A stretch of 64,000 nucleotides of DNA from an uncultured Actinomycetota bacterium (GTDB lineage: Bacteria; Actinomycetota; Actinomycetes; JACCUZ01). Where the stretch lies: assembly GCA_963726615.1 (NCBI GenBank), contig CAVSCX010000003.1, positions 292,238 to 356,237 of the forward strand. The letters are read 5' to 3'. The notes beneath the pieces are model-generated. The model ran no database searches. It had not been told where the DNA came from and was given only the letters and a program-made list of their open reading frames with translations. Both the position numbers and the translations under genes were made by a program. Within the stretch, counting starts at the first letter, position 1. Every line of letters begins with the position of its first letter. This document shows positions 29,113 to 37,358 of the stretch, one piece after another.

Positions 29113-31467
29113 TCAGACCACCGCCCCGCTGCCGTCGCGCTGCGAGGAGCGACCGGTGGGTCTCGACGTCCGGACCGGAGGCGGCGGCGAGGGGCTGCGC
29201 CGCTCCAGCTCGATCGCCAGCGGGGCGGCGGTGAACATCGAGGAGTAGGTGCCGACCGCGATGCCGATGAGCAGTGCGATGGCGAAGTCCGTCAGGGAGT
29301 CGCCGCCGAGGACGGCGAGCGCCGCGAGGATGAAGACGGCACCCAGCCCGGTGTTGACCGTACGGGGCACGGTGCTCAGGATCGCGGAGTTCACGACCCG
29401 GTCGAACCCGCGACGTCGCTGGGAGCCCCACAGCTCGCGCACCCTGTCGAAGACGACCACCGAGTCGTTCACCGAGTAGCCGATGACTGTCAGCAGGGCG
29501 GCGAGGAAGACGCCGTCGATCGGCTTGCCGAGCCAGGCGAAGACACCGACGAGCACGAGCACGTCGTGGGCCATGGCGCCGACAGCGGCCGCGCCGAAGG
29601 TCCAGCGGAACCGCACCGCCAGGTACAGCAGCTGCACCACCAGCGCGACCCCGAGCGCGATGAGCGCCTTGCGGCGTAGCTCGTCGCCGAGGCTGGGCCC
29701 GATCAGCTCGTCGCGCTGCTTGACGACGTCGCCACCGGATGCGTCGGCGAGTGCGGCCCGCACTTCGGCCTCCTGGTCGTTGGTCATGTCAGCGGTGCGG
29801 ATCGAGATGTCGTCGGCTCCGCTCTCCTGCACGACCGCCCGCGGGAAACCAGAGTCCGAGACGACGGCTCGGGCCTCGTCGACGCTGATCGGCGCCGTCG
29901 TCGAGTACTCGACCAGGCGGCCGCCGGTGAACTCCACCCCGAGGTCGAGCCCGCGCCAGCCGATGCCGGTCAGGGCCAGCACCAGTGCCGCACCGGACAC
30001 GGCCAGCCACCGCCTGCCCAGGCGCATCAGGTCGGGGTCCCGCCTGGTGAGCCAGCTGCGGACCCGCCCGGGGGTGGAGATGCCGGTCACGCCGGGTCGC
30101 CGTACGACGGCTTGTCGACGCACCACCCAGTCGGCCAGCACCCGGGTGATGACCAGGGCCGACACCATCGAGGCGAGCACGCCGATGCCGAGGGTCACCC
30201 CGAAGCCGCGAACCGGGCCGGACGCCAGGTAGAACAGCAGGGCAGCCGCGAGCAGCGTCGTGACGTTCGAGTCGATGATCGCGCTCCACGCGTTGCGGAA
30301 GCCCGCAGTCACGGCCTGGCGCAGACCCTTGGCCGGCTCGGCGGCGTACTCCTCCTTCGCGCGTTCGAAGACGAGGACGTTCGCGTCGATCGCCATGCCG
30401 ATGGCCAGCACGAAGCCGGCCAGCCCCGGCAGCGTGAGCGTCGCACCGAGCCACGCCAGGGTGGCGTAGCTGATGAGCGCGTAGCTCGCGAGCGCGACGA
30501 CCGCCAAGGCACCGAGGAGCCGGTACACCACCATGATGAACACGGCGGTCAGGGCGACGCCGATGAGGGCTGCCTGCGCGCTCGCCTCGATCGCGGCCGC
30601 ACCGAGGGTGGGGCCGACGGTGCGCTGCTCGATCACCTCGACCGGCACCGGCAGCGCGCCACCACGGATCAGCACCGCGAGGTCCTTCGCCTCGTCCGGG
30701 GTGAAGTCACCGGTGATCTGGGTGGCACCACCGGCGATGCCGACGTCGCAGGCCACGGACGGGTCGACCTGCGGCGACGAGATGACCTGGTCGTCGAGGA
30801 CGATCGCGACCCGCCGCTGCGGGTCGCCCGGCGGCGCGCAGGCCGCGGTCCCGGTGAGCTGCTGCCAGGCGGAGCCGCCGGACCCCTTGAAGTCGATGGA
30901 CACGTACCACCCGCCCAGTCCCTGCGGGTCGATCTCGGCGGACGCGCCGTCGACGCCGTCACCGGTCAGGGCGGCCGGGCCGAGCTGGATGTCCTGACCC
31001 GTCTCGTCCGGCAGCACCACGGCGTCGCCGGGCTCCGTCGGCTGCTGCGACGGCTGGTCCGTCGGCGAGGGTGAGGACGTGGACCCCGGTGGCTGCACAC
31101 CCTGCACCGGGTGGAAGGTGAGCTGGGCCGTACGGCCGATCACGTCGGCGGCCTCGCGCGGGTCCTGCAGGCCGGGCAGCTCGACGATGATGCGCCGGTC
31201 GCCCGAGCGGGTCAGCGTGGGCTCCGCGATGCCGAGCGCGTCGACCCGGCGCCGCAGCACTTCGACAGCGCGGTCGGTGGACTCGGAGTCCGCGGTGACC
31301 GTGGCCGAGTCCCTGGTCTCGAGGACGATCTGGGTGCCGCCGCGAAGGTCGAGACCGAGGCGGACGGGAGTCGTGGCGGTGATCCACACGGCACCGGCGA
31401 GGATGCCGAGGGCGACGAGCGCACGGACGACGGGTGCGGACACGGGTGCCTCCGGGGGCACGGGCAC
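29113..31467 (-). CDS. secDF: Fused protein-export membrane protein SecDF (SecD and SecF in one polypeptide)
   Basis: 784 aa, GTG start. SecD periplasmic (LGLDLRGGTQIVLE) and TM regions followed by SecF periplasmic (LGVEFTGGRLVEY) and TM regions. Confidence 0.8.
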   Translation of the reverse strand: MPVPPEAPVSAPVVRALVALGILAGAVWITATTPVRLGLDLRGGTQIVLETRDSATVTADSESTDRAVEVLRRRVDALGIAEPTLTRSGDRRIIVELPGLQDPREAADVIGRTAQLTFHPVQGVQPPGSTSSPSPTDQPSQQPTEPGDAVVLPDETGQDIQLGPAALTGDGVDGASAEIDPQGLGGWYVSIDFKGSGGSAWQQLTGTAACAPPGDPQRRVAIVLDDQVISSPQVDPSVACDVGIAGGATQITGDFTPDEAKDLAVLIRGGALPVPVEVIEQRTVGPTLGAAAIEASAQAALIGVALTAVFIMVVYRLLGALAVVALASYALISYATLAWLGATLTLPGLAGFVLAIGMAIDANVLVFERAKEEYAAEPAKGLRQAVTAGFRNAWSAIIDSNVTTLLAAALLFYLASGPVRGFGVTLGIGVLASMVSALVITRVLADWVVRRQAVVRRPGVTGISTPGRVRSWLTRRDPDLMRLGRRWLAVSGAALVLALTGIGWRGLDLGVEFTGGRLVEYSTTAPISVDEARAVVSDSGFPRAVVQESGADDISIRTADMTNDQEAEVRAALADASGGDVVKQRDELIGPSLGDELRRKALIALGVALVVQLLYLAVRFRWTFGAAAVGAMAHDVLVLVGVFAWLGKPIDGVFLAALLTVIGYSVNDSVVVFDRVRELWGSQRRRGFDRVVNSAILSTVPRTVNTGLGAVFILAALAVLGGDSLTDFAIALLIGIAVGTYSSMFTAAPLAIELERRSPSPPPPVRTSRPTGRSSQRDGSGAVV

Positions 31468-31563
31468 GGTGCGGCGACGGGTCGCGCGGACCGTGCGGAT
31501 GGCTGGTGGGGCGCGGCGGCGAACGTCTGTCGGCGCGCGGCGGTGGGTGCTGTGGCGCTCGGG

Positions 31564-32007
31564 TCAGGCGAAGGCGAGCGCAGGCGGGGCCCGGTCCCGG
31601 CGCGCACCGGTGCGGCGCTGCACCCGCGGGGCCGTCGTGGCGACGGTCAGCAGACCGAGCGACAGGACCGCCACCACGAGGATCCCCGCGGCGACGGCGC
31701 CGGCAGGTGCCACCGCACCGGGCCGCATGCCGCGACGCGCCGTCTCAGCCGTGGGCGCCGCCTGCTCGCGGGCACCGCGCCGTACCCCTGCCCGGGCAGC
31801 GGCCCGGCCGTCACGGTGGGCGCTGCTGTACGTCGACGCGGCGGCCGCGACCGAGCTCCGGGTCGCTGTGCCCGCCGGGTACGCGACCTCCCCGGCCCGC
31901 GCGCCTGCTGTCGGCGCCAGGAGGAGCGCAGCCAGGACCGCACAGGCGGCGAGGAGCACAGCGACGACGCTGCTGGCTCCGCGGTGCGCGCGGGTCCTGG
32001 GGGTCAC
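31564..32007 (-). CDS. Hypothetical small secreted/membrane protein
   Basis: 147 aa. N-terminal signal-like segment and C-terminal TM. Upstream of secDF. Ala/Arg-rich, weak support. Confidence 0.3.
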   Translation of the reverse strand: MTPRTRAHRGASSVVAVLLAACAVLAALLLAPTAGARAGEVAYPAGTATRSSVAAAASTYSSAHRDGRAAARAGVRRGAREQAAPTAETARRGMRPGAVAPAGAVAAGILVVAVLSLGLLTVATTAPRVQRRTGARRDRAPPALAFA

Positions 32008-32079
32008 GGGCTCATCCTTGTCGGGGCGGCGGGCTGTCCACGGTACCCGTGGAGGGCCCGCCGGCTGCCCCGGACGGCG

Positions 32080-32550
32080 TCACGCCTCGCGGAGAGCCGT
32101 GGCGAGGGCCACGACCCCGAACAGTGCCACCGCGAGCACGTGCACGACGGTGCACCACAGGCAGATCGCGTCGACACGGAACAGCTCCGCCCACACGAGG
32201 TACAGGACGAACAGCGCGCCAGCCGCGACCGCGGTCAGCCTGGCACGGTGGACCGCGCCGACGCGCGAGCGCCAGGCAACCGGAAGGCAGAGCCCCACCA
32301 TGAGGACGAAGAACGCCAGCCCGAGCACCGCCACGGGGACGCCGAGCAGCTCCGAGTAGGAGCTCGTCGTCACCTTCACGCAGTTGATGACACCGGTGTC
32401 CGGACAGGCGAGCGTGGTGGACGAGGAGTAGTGCTCCACGGTGAGGTACGCCGACACCGCGACGCCGAGCAGGGCGAGCGCCAGCGAGGCGGGGCCGGCC
32501 CACCGGGGGGCGCTGACCGTCACGCCGACCTCGGCAGGAGCGCCGCTCAC
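32080..32550 (-). CDS. Vitamin K epoxide reductase (VKOR) family membrane protein
   Basis: GTG start overlapping the upstream stop (GTGA at 32547-32550). CxxC in TGVINCVKV... and a second Cys pair (LWCTVVH). Confidence 0.7.
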   Translation of the reverse strand: MSGAPAEVGVTVSAPRWAGPASLALALLGVAVSAYLTVEHYSSSTTLACPDTGVINCVKVTTSSYSELLGVPVAVLGLAFFVLMVGLCLPVAWRSRVGAVHRARLTAVAAGALFVLYLVWAELFRVDAICLWCTVVHVLAVALFGVVALATALREA

Positions 32551-33473
32551 CTCGCCTGTGCCCCGGCGACCGCCTTCGCGGCGGCCGTCACGCCGGGCGA
32601 GGTGCACACGTCGGCGGGTTGCCCGGACGTGGCCTCGCACAGGGCCGCCGTGAGCACGTTGGCACTGCCGTCCACGGCCTTGGCGACCGGGCTGGTCGGG
32701 TCGGACAGGGACGCGGCGATCTCGGCCCGGGACATGCCCTTGAGCAGCTCCGGGCTGTAGGTCGCGCCGGACGTGACGTACTTCCCCGCCACGTCGAGGA
32801 ACGGGATGCTCCCCTCGGACGACGTGTACGGCGGCTTGTTGTAGGTCTGCACGATCTTCGCGTCCGCGGGGGCGAGCTCGTCCAAGGGCTCGTACACATC
32901 GCCGCTGCGAGTGTTGCCGGCGGTCTCGACCCCGGTGAAGGACAGGTAGTCGCTCGTGTACGCCGCGCCGTGGAAGGACAGCGTCTGGGTGTCCGGGTAG
33001 ACGTCCTCGGTGGCCGAGTGGCTCGCGCCGAGCCGGGACCACGTCCCGAACCGGGAGAGCGCCACCACGACCGGCCAGCGCTCCGCGGCGCAGTAGGGGC
33101 AGTACTCCGCACCGACGTAGAGGACCTTGGGCTTCCCGCCCTGCTCGAGCAGCGGGGCATCGATCTTCGCCGGCGCCGTCTGGGCGGCGCCGACACCGAT
33201 CGTGTCCAGGACCGCGGCGGGCACGTTCGTCACGTCGCGGACCACACCCGCCGCGGCGGGTCCACCGCTCGTGGCGCCGGTCGAGGGGCTGTCCGATCCG
33301 GACCCCAGCCCGGCCGCCTTGGCGACCACCAGGCCGATCACCACGACGAGGACGAGGCCGAGAGCCCCACCCGCGAGGAGAACGCGACGGCGCCGGGCGG
33401 TCCGCGCCTCGGTCGCTCGCATCGCGGCCACCCGCTCCCGACCGGCGGCCCTCGCGTCGACCCGGCTGCTCAT
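32547..33473 (-). CDS. DUF929 thioredoxin-fold (DsbA-like) protein, signal-anchored, CPYC active site
   Basis: Start at MSSRVDA... (alternative MRATEAR at 33422). YVGAEYCPYCAAERW. Confidence 0.7.
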   Translation of the reverse strand: MSSRVDARAAGRERVAAMRATEARTARRRRVLLAGGALGLVLVVVIGLVVAKAAGLGSGSDSPSTGATSGGPAAAGVVRDVTNVPAAVLDTIGVGAAQTAPAKIDAPLLEQGGKPKVLYVGAEYCPYCAAERWPVVVALSRFGTWSRLGASHSATEDVYPDTQTLSFHGAAYTSDYLSFTGVETAGNTRSGDVYEPLDELAPADAKIVQTYNKPPYTSSEGSIPFLDVAGKYVTSGATYSPELLKGMSRAEIAASLSDPTSPVAKAVDGSANVLTAALCEATSGQPADVCTSPGVTAAAKAVAGAQAR

Positions 33474-33588
33474 CGGTCTGCCTCCCTCGGCGCGGCGCAC
33501 ATCACGGTCCTGCAGGCTACGTCGTGCGCCTGGGCGCCGGCTGGGACAGACACCCGGCCGTGACCGGGCCGAGACACGGCCACCGGTG

Positions 33589-33858
33589 TCACCAGGCCCG
33601 CGGGTCCGGCCGGCGGCCCGGTCGGGCGGGGGTCGCGTCGGGTCCGGCCCGGCGCACCGAGGTGTCGTCCAGGTGCCGGCAGTCGGCGGCCGGCATCGCC
33701 CGCACGTAGGTCTGACCCGCTCCGGTCGTGTAGCGCACGACGACCCGCCAGCTCCCGTCGGAGCGGGAGCGGTACTGGTCGAGCAGCGTCGCGACCCGGA
33801 ACCGGCCGTCGTCGTGCGGGGCGAGGATCTGGGTGACGACGGCTCGGCCGGGTCGCAT
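33589..33858 (-). CDS. Hypothetical small protein (89 aa)
   Basis: Non-repetitive, beta-rich-looking sequence. No homolog recognised. Confidence 0.3.
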   Translation of the reverse strand: MRPGRAVVTQILAPHDDGRFRVATLLDQYRSRSDGSWRVVVRYTTGAGQTYVRAMPAADCRHLDDTSVRRAGPDATPARPGRRPDPRAW

Positions 33859-34018
33859 CGGGGCCTCTGGCGCGCTGGTGGCTGCTCGTGCAGCCGGACG
33901 GCTCGACCCCGGACGACCTGACCGTAGCGTGAGGCAACAGCCTCAGCGACGACGAGGGCCGGGTCGTGGCGACCCGGCCCTCGTCGACTCTCGTCGACTC
34001 TCGAAGATCAGTCAGCGA

Positions 34019-34092
34019 TCAGTCGTCGTCGCCGTCCTCGCCCTCGTCGTCGTTGTCGTCGTCGTTGTCGTCCTCGTCGTCGTGGTCGTCGC
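34019..34092. repeat. (GTC/GAC)n-type imperfect trinucleotide tract encoding the poly-Asp/Glu tail
   Basis: gtcgtcgtcgccgtcctcgccctcgtcgtcgttgtcgtcgtcgttgtcgtcctcgtcgtcgtggtcgtc. Confidence 0.6.
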
Positions 34093-34618
34093 ACTGCTGC
34101 CCGGAGCTCGCCGTGGGGGCGTCGTCCTCCTCTTCGCAGTCGTCGTTGCCGTTGTCGCCGTCGAGCTCGTCGTCGCCGGTGCCGCCGGACAGGTTGTCGT
34201 CGCCGCGGTTGCCGTGCAGCGAGTCGTCGCCGTCCTCGCCCCACTCGTCGTCGTCCCCGGTGCCGCCGGAGATGCTGTCGTCGTCCGACCCGCCGCGAAG
34301 CGCGTCGCGCCCGGCGAAGCCGAGGATCCGGTCCCGGCCGCCGCCGCCGAACACCCTGTCGCGCCCGCTGGACCCGCAGAGCAGGTCGTCGCCGCCGCGC
34401 AGCCGCACGACGTGGCCGGAGCTCTTCACCACGACGACGTCGCGGTGCCGGGTGCCTCGCACGACGTGCGCGGAGCCGGAGTCCACGACCATGGTCGCCG
34501 CCTGGCCGGCGCAGGTGGGGGTGGCCGCTGACACCGGCAAGGCCTGGTAGCCGAAGAACGCGAAGGGCAGCGTCGCGGTCAGCGACAGGGCGCGGAGCTT
34601 CTGCCGAGAGAGGGTCAT
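34019..34618 (-). CDS. Secreted calcium-binding RTX-type (GGxGxDxL) repeat protein with poly-acidic C-terminal tail
   Basis: Start at MTLSRQKLRALSLTATLPFAFFGYQALPVSAA (signal peptide). Repeats GGGGRDRILGFAGRDALRGGSDDD..GGTGDDDEWG..GGTGDDELDGDNGND. Tail DDNDDDNDDEGEDGDDD. Confidence 0.6.
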   Translation of the reverse strand: MTLSRQKLRALSLTATLPFAFFGYQALPVSAATPTCAGQAATMVVDSGSAHVVRGTRHRDVVVVKSSGHVVRLRGGDDLLCGSSGRDRVFGGGGRDRILGFAGRDALRGGSDDDSISGGTGDDDEWGEDGDDSLHGNRGDDNLSGGTGDDELDGDNGNDDCEEEDDAPTASSGQQCDDHDDEDDNDDDNDDEGEDGDDD

Positions 34619-34840
34619 GAGGGTGGGCTCCCGTGGTCCGGCCGAGTCGCTCGATGCGTCCGGCGTCGCAGATGTCATCGCGGAGCGCCGCTGCGGGGAT
34701 ACGGCTCAGGACGTGACAGTCGCCCGGACGGCGCATCGCAGACGGTTTCCGGGCGCACCGCGGGGCCACCGTTGGGCATCGCTTTGCCTGGGGGAAACCC
34801 GGACGTGGAATCGTGCTCAGCCCGGCGCCCGTACCTGTCG

Positions 34841-35485
34841 ATGGTGCTCTGGAACACGGAGCGAGAACGGTCGGAGGACGGCGTGGAGGAGGACCTGGAC
34901 CCGCTCGTCGACGCTGCTCGCGCCGGCGGCGGCCGGGCCTTCGGCCGGCTGTGGGAGCTGCTCGCTCCCCCGGTGGCCGCGTACCTGCGTCGTCGGCGGG
35001 TTCGCGACGTCGACGACGTCACGTCCGAGGTGTTTCTCGCCGCCTTCGCCGGCATCGGCCGGTTCGACGGCGACGGCCGGGCGTTCCGGGCGTGGGTGTT
35101 CACCATCGCCCACCACAAGAGCGTCGACGCCGCCCGCCGGGCGGGTGGTCGCGAGCTGCTGGTCGACACGTACGAGAGCACCGACGGGGACCGGGTCGCG
35201 AGCCGCCAGGACCTCCGCAGCGCGGAGGACGAGGCCGTGGACCGGATCGCGACGTCCGATGCCGTGCGCCGGCTGGACGTCCTGACCGAGGACCAGCGCG
35301 CCGTCCTGCTGCTGCGGGTGGTTGCGGACCTGTCGCTGGCCGAGACCGCCACCGTCCTCGGTCGACCGGTGGGCGCCGTCAAGGCTCTGCAGCACCGGGC
35401 GCTCGCCCGGCTGCGCTCCACCCTTGCCGGTTCACCCGACGCCGTATCCCCGCCGGCCGCCACCACGATGTGGAGGGTGAGATGA
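34841..35485 (+). CDS. ECF (group IV) RNA polymerase sigma factor
   Basis: Region 2 (FRAWVFTIAHHKSVDAARR) and region 4 (DQRAVLLLRVVADLSLAETATVLGRPVGAVKALQHRA). Confidence 0.8.
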   Translation: MVLWNTERERSEDGVEEDLDPLVDAARAGGGRAFGRLWELLAPPVAAYLRRRRVRDVDDVTSEVFLAAFAGIGRFDGDGRAFRAWVFTIAHHKSVDAARRAGGRELLVDTYESTDGDRVASRQDLRSAEDEAVDRIATSDAVRRLDVLTEDQRAVLLLRVVADLSLAETATVLGRPVGAVKALQHRALARLRSTLAGSPDAVSPPAATTMWRVR

Positions 35486-36288
35486 CCGACCTCCTCGCCG
35501 AGCTGCGCCGATCGACCCGACCGGGCGACGATCGGGTCGCCGACCTCTTGACGGTCCTGCGCGCCGGCGAGGGCGCGACACCGCGGGCCAACGAGCAGCT
35601 CGCCACCTTCCTCAGCGCACGGGTCGGCGGTGTGACGGCCCGGCCGGCGCATGAGCTGGACCCGGCAGAGCCCGAGCTTGTCGTGGTGCTCGGTCCGGCC
35701 CGGGTCGCCCGTCGGCCACGGCGCTTCGGTGCTGCTCTGGCCGGCGGCATCTGGGTCAAGGTCGCGCTGGGCGCGGCGGCCGCGGTCGCCGCGACCGCCC
35801 TCGCCGCTGGGGAAGGCCCGGCGCGCGACGTCGTGGTCCGGCCCGCCGCGAGCCCCACGCCCACGGCCCCCGCCGGCCCGCTGGCCGGTCCGGACGACGG
35901 CGAGCCCACACCGCGCGCCCGGCACCTGGCGCCCGTCGGCCCGACCGGCCCCCGGGACAGCGAGCGCGCATCGGCGCCCACCGTCCGACCGGGCTCCACT
36001 GCCGCGCCTGCGGCCGGGGCCGGCCCGAAGGCCGGCCACGACGAGCAGCGCGCGGGGCAACGACCCGGAGGGGGTCGGGACGACACCGGCGCCAGGTCGG
36101 GAGGGTCCGGCGGCATCGGTGCTGAGGCGGACGACGGGGACGAGGGCGATCAGGGCGGCGAGGGCGACGAGGGCGGCGAGGCCGACGGCGACGAGGTCGA
36201 CGGCTCCGGGTCGTCCGGGTCGTCCGGGTCGTCCGGGTCCGGGTCCGACGAGAGGCCAGGCTCGGCCGACGCCGACGGGGGCGACTGA
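35482..36288 (+). CDS. Putative anti-sigma factor (single TM) with Gly/Asp/Glu/Ser-rich low-complexity C-terminus
   Basis: ATG overlaps sigma stop (ATGA). GGAGGG RBS. 268 aa. TM FGAALAGGIWVKVALGAAAAV. Located in the C-terminal frame of track ORF 34813..36288. Confidence 0.55.
   Translation: MTDLLAELRRSTRPGDDRVADLLTVLRAGEGATPRANEQLATFLSARVGGVTARPAHELDPAEPELVVVLGPARVARRPRRFGAALAGGIWVKVALGAAAAVAATALAAGEGPARDVVVRPAASPTPTAPAGPLAGPDDGEPTPRARHLAPVGPTGPRDSERASAPTVRPGSTAAPAAGAGPKAGHDEQRAGQRPGGGRDDTGARSGGSGGIGAEADDGDEGDQGGEGDEGGEADGDEVDGSGSSGSSGSSGSGSDERPGSADADGGD
36208..36246. repeat. Tandem 9-bp repeat (GGGTCGTCC)x3 plus degenerate copy, encoding (GSS)n
   Basis: gggtcgtccgggtcgtccgggtcgtccgggtccgggtcc inside the anti-sigma C-terminus. 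Confidence 0.6.
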
Positions 36289-36446
36289 GTGCGCGCCCGG
36301 TGTCCGCTTCGTCATGCTCTCACCCGAACGGCGGTAAAGCGGAGGTCAAGAGATCCCGAAGCACACACCATGAACCTCCGCTGCAGCCCAGCCCCAGCTG
36401 CGCCGTCCGGGCCGTCCGGCACTGCCGGCGCGTCGGCGGTGTCCGC

Positions 36447-36647
36447 ATGAGCGAGGTCACGCGGCTGGCCGAGCGGCCCCTGCTCTCGGTCGCCGAGGCG
36501 GCGTCGTACGCCGGCGTCGGCCCCGAGCTGCTGACCGGCCTGCCGGTCCTTGTGGCGGACCCGTGGTCGCACGCCGACTCGCTCGTCGAGCGCCGGGCGG
36601 TCGACGCCTGGTGGCGCGAGCAGGTGCTCGCCCGCCCCGTCGCCTGA
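36447..36647 (+). CDS. Small hypothetical protein with HTH-like segment (66 aa)
   Basis: Internal ATG of track ORF 36300..36647. ...PLLSVAEAASYAGV... resembles excisionase/MerR-type HTH. Weak support. Confidence 0.3.
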   Translation: MSEVTRLAERPLLSVAEAASYAGVGPELLTGLPVLVADPWSHADSLVERRAVDAWWREQVLARPVA

Positions 36648-36692
36648 CCGGCCCGCCCGCGCGCCCTCCGCTGGGGTCGCGATGATGTCCGG

Positions 36693-37358
36693 GTGAACGG
36701 ACGGGTGCTGGTCGTCGAGGACGACCACGGCCTGCGCGACGTGGTGGCCCGCGGGCTGCGCGAGGCCGGCTTCGAGGTGACGACGGCGAGCGACGGGACG
36801 GGGGCCCTGCGCACTGCGGGGGCCGGGCAGTTCGACGTCGTGGTGCTGGACATCGGCCTGCCCGATGCGGACGGCCGCGACGTCTGTCAGGCGATGCGCG
36901 CTGCCGGGACCAGGGCACCGGTGGTGTTCCTCACCGCCAAGGACGGCGTCACCGACCGCCTGTCGGGCTTCGCCGCCGGCGGGGACGACTACCTGGCCAA
37001 GCCGTTCCACCTCGCGGAGCTCGTCGCCCGGCTGCGGGTCGCCGTCCGCCGCGGCGGGGAGCTCGCCGGGAGCACCGTCGGCGACCTGCAGGTGGACCCG
37101 GCCCGCCACGACCTGTCCGGACCGGCCGGGTCCGTGTCGCTGTCGCCCACGGAGTTCCGGCTGCTGGCCCGGCTGATGGCTCAGCCCGGCAGCGTCACCC
37201 GGCGGCACGAGCTCGTCGCAGCCGCCTGGGCCCATGGTTCCGTCGTCGCCGACAACACCCTGGACCAGTACGTCGCGAAGCTGCGCCGCAAGCTGGTCCA
37301 GGCGGGCAGCGAGCAGTCCATCGACACTGTGCGCGGCGTGGGCTACCGGCTCACGTGA
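36693..37358 (+). CDS. OmpR-family response regulator
   Basis: GTG start. VLVVEDDHGLRD...VVVLDIGLPDADG...LTAKDG. Winged helix TVRGVGYRL. Confidence 0.85.
   Translation: MNGRVLVVEDDHGLRDVVARGLREAGFEVTTASDGTGALRTAGAGQFDVVVLDIGLPDADGRDVCQAMRAAGTRAPVVFLTAKDGVTDRLSGFAAGGDDYLAKPFHLAELVARLRVAVRRGGELAGSTVGDLQVDPARHDLSGPAGSVSLSPTEFRLLARLMAQPGSVTRRHELVAAAWAHGSVVADNTLDQYVAKLRRKLVQAGSEQSIDTVRGVGYRLT

Noticed and set aside
27420-29248. 541- and 517-aa ORFs over chrA
   Set aside because: Antisense or out-of-frame to a gene with clear tandem CHR-domain signatures.
33966-34550. Ser-rich 194-aa + strand ORF, and a possible CRISPR-like periodicity in the (GTC)n tract
   Set aside because: It is the antisense translation of the poly-acidic RTX-like gene. 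The repeat is a coding trinucleotide tract with no spacer/repeat architecture.
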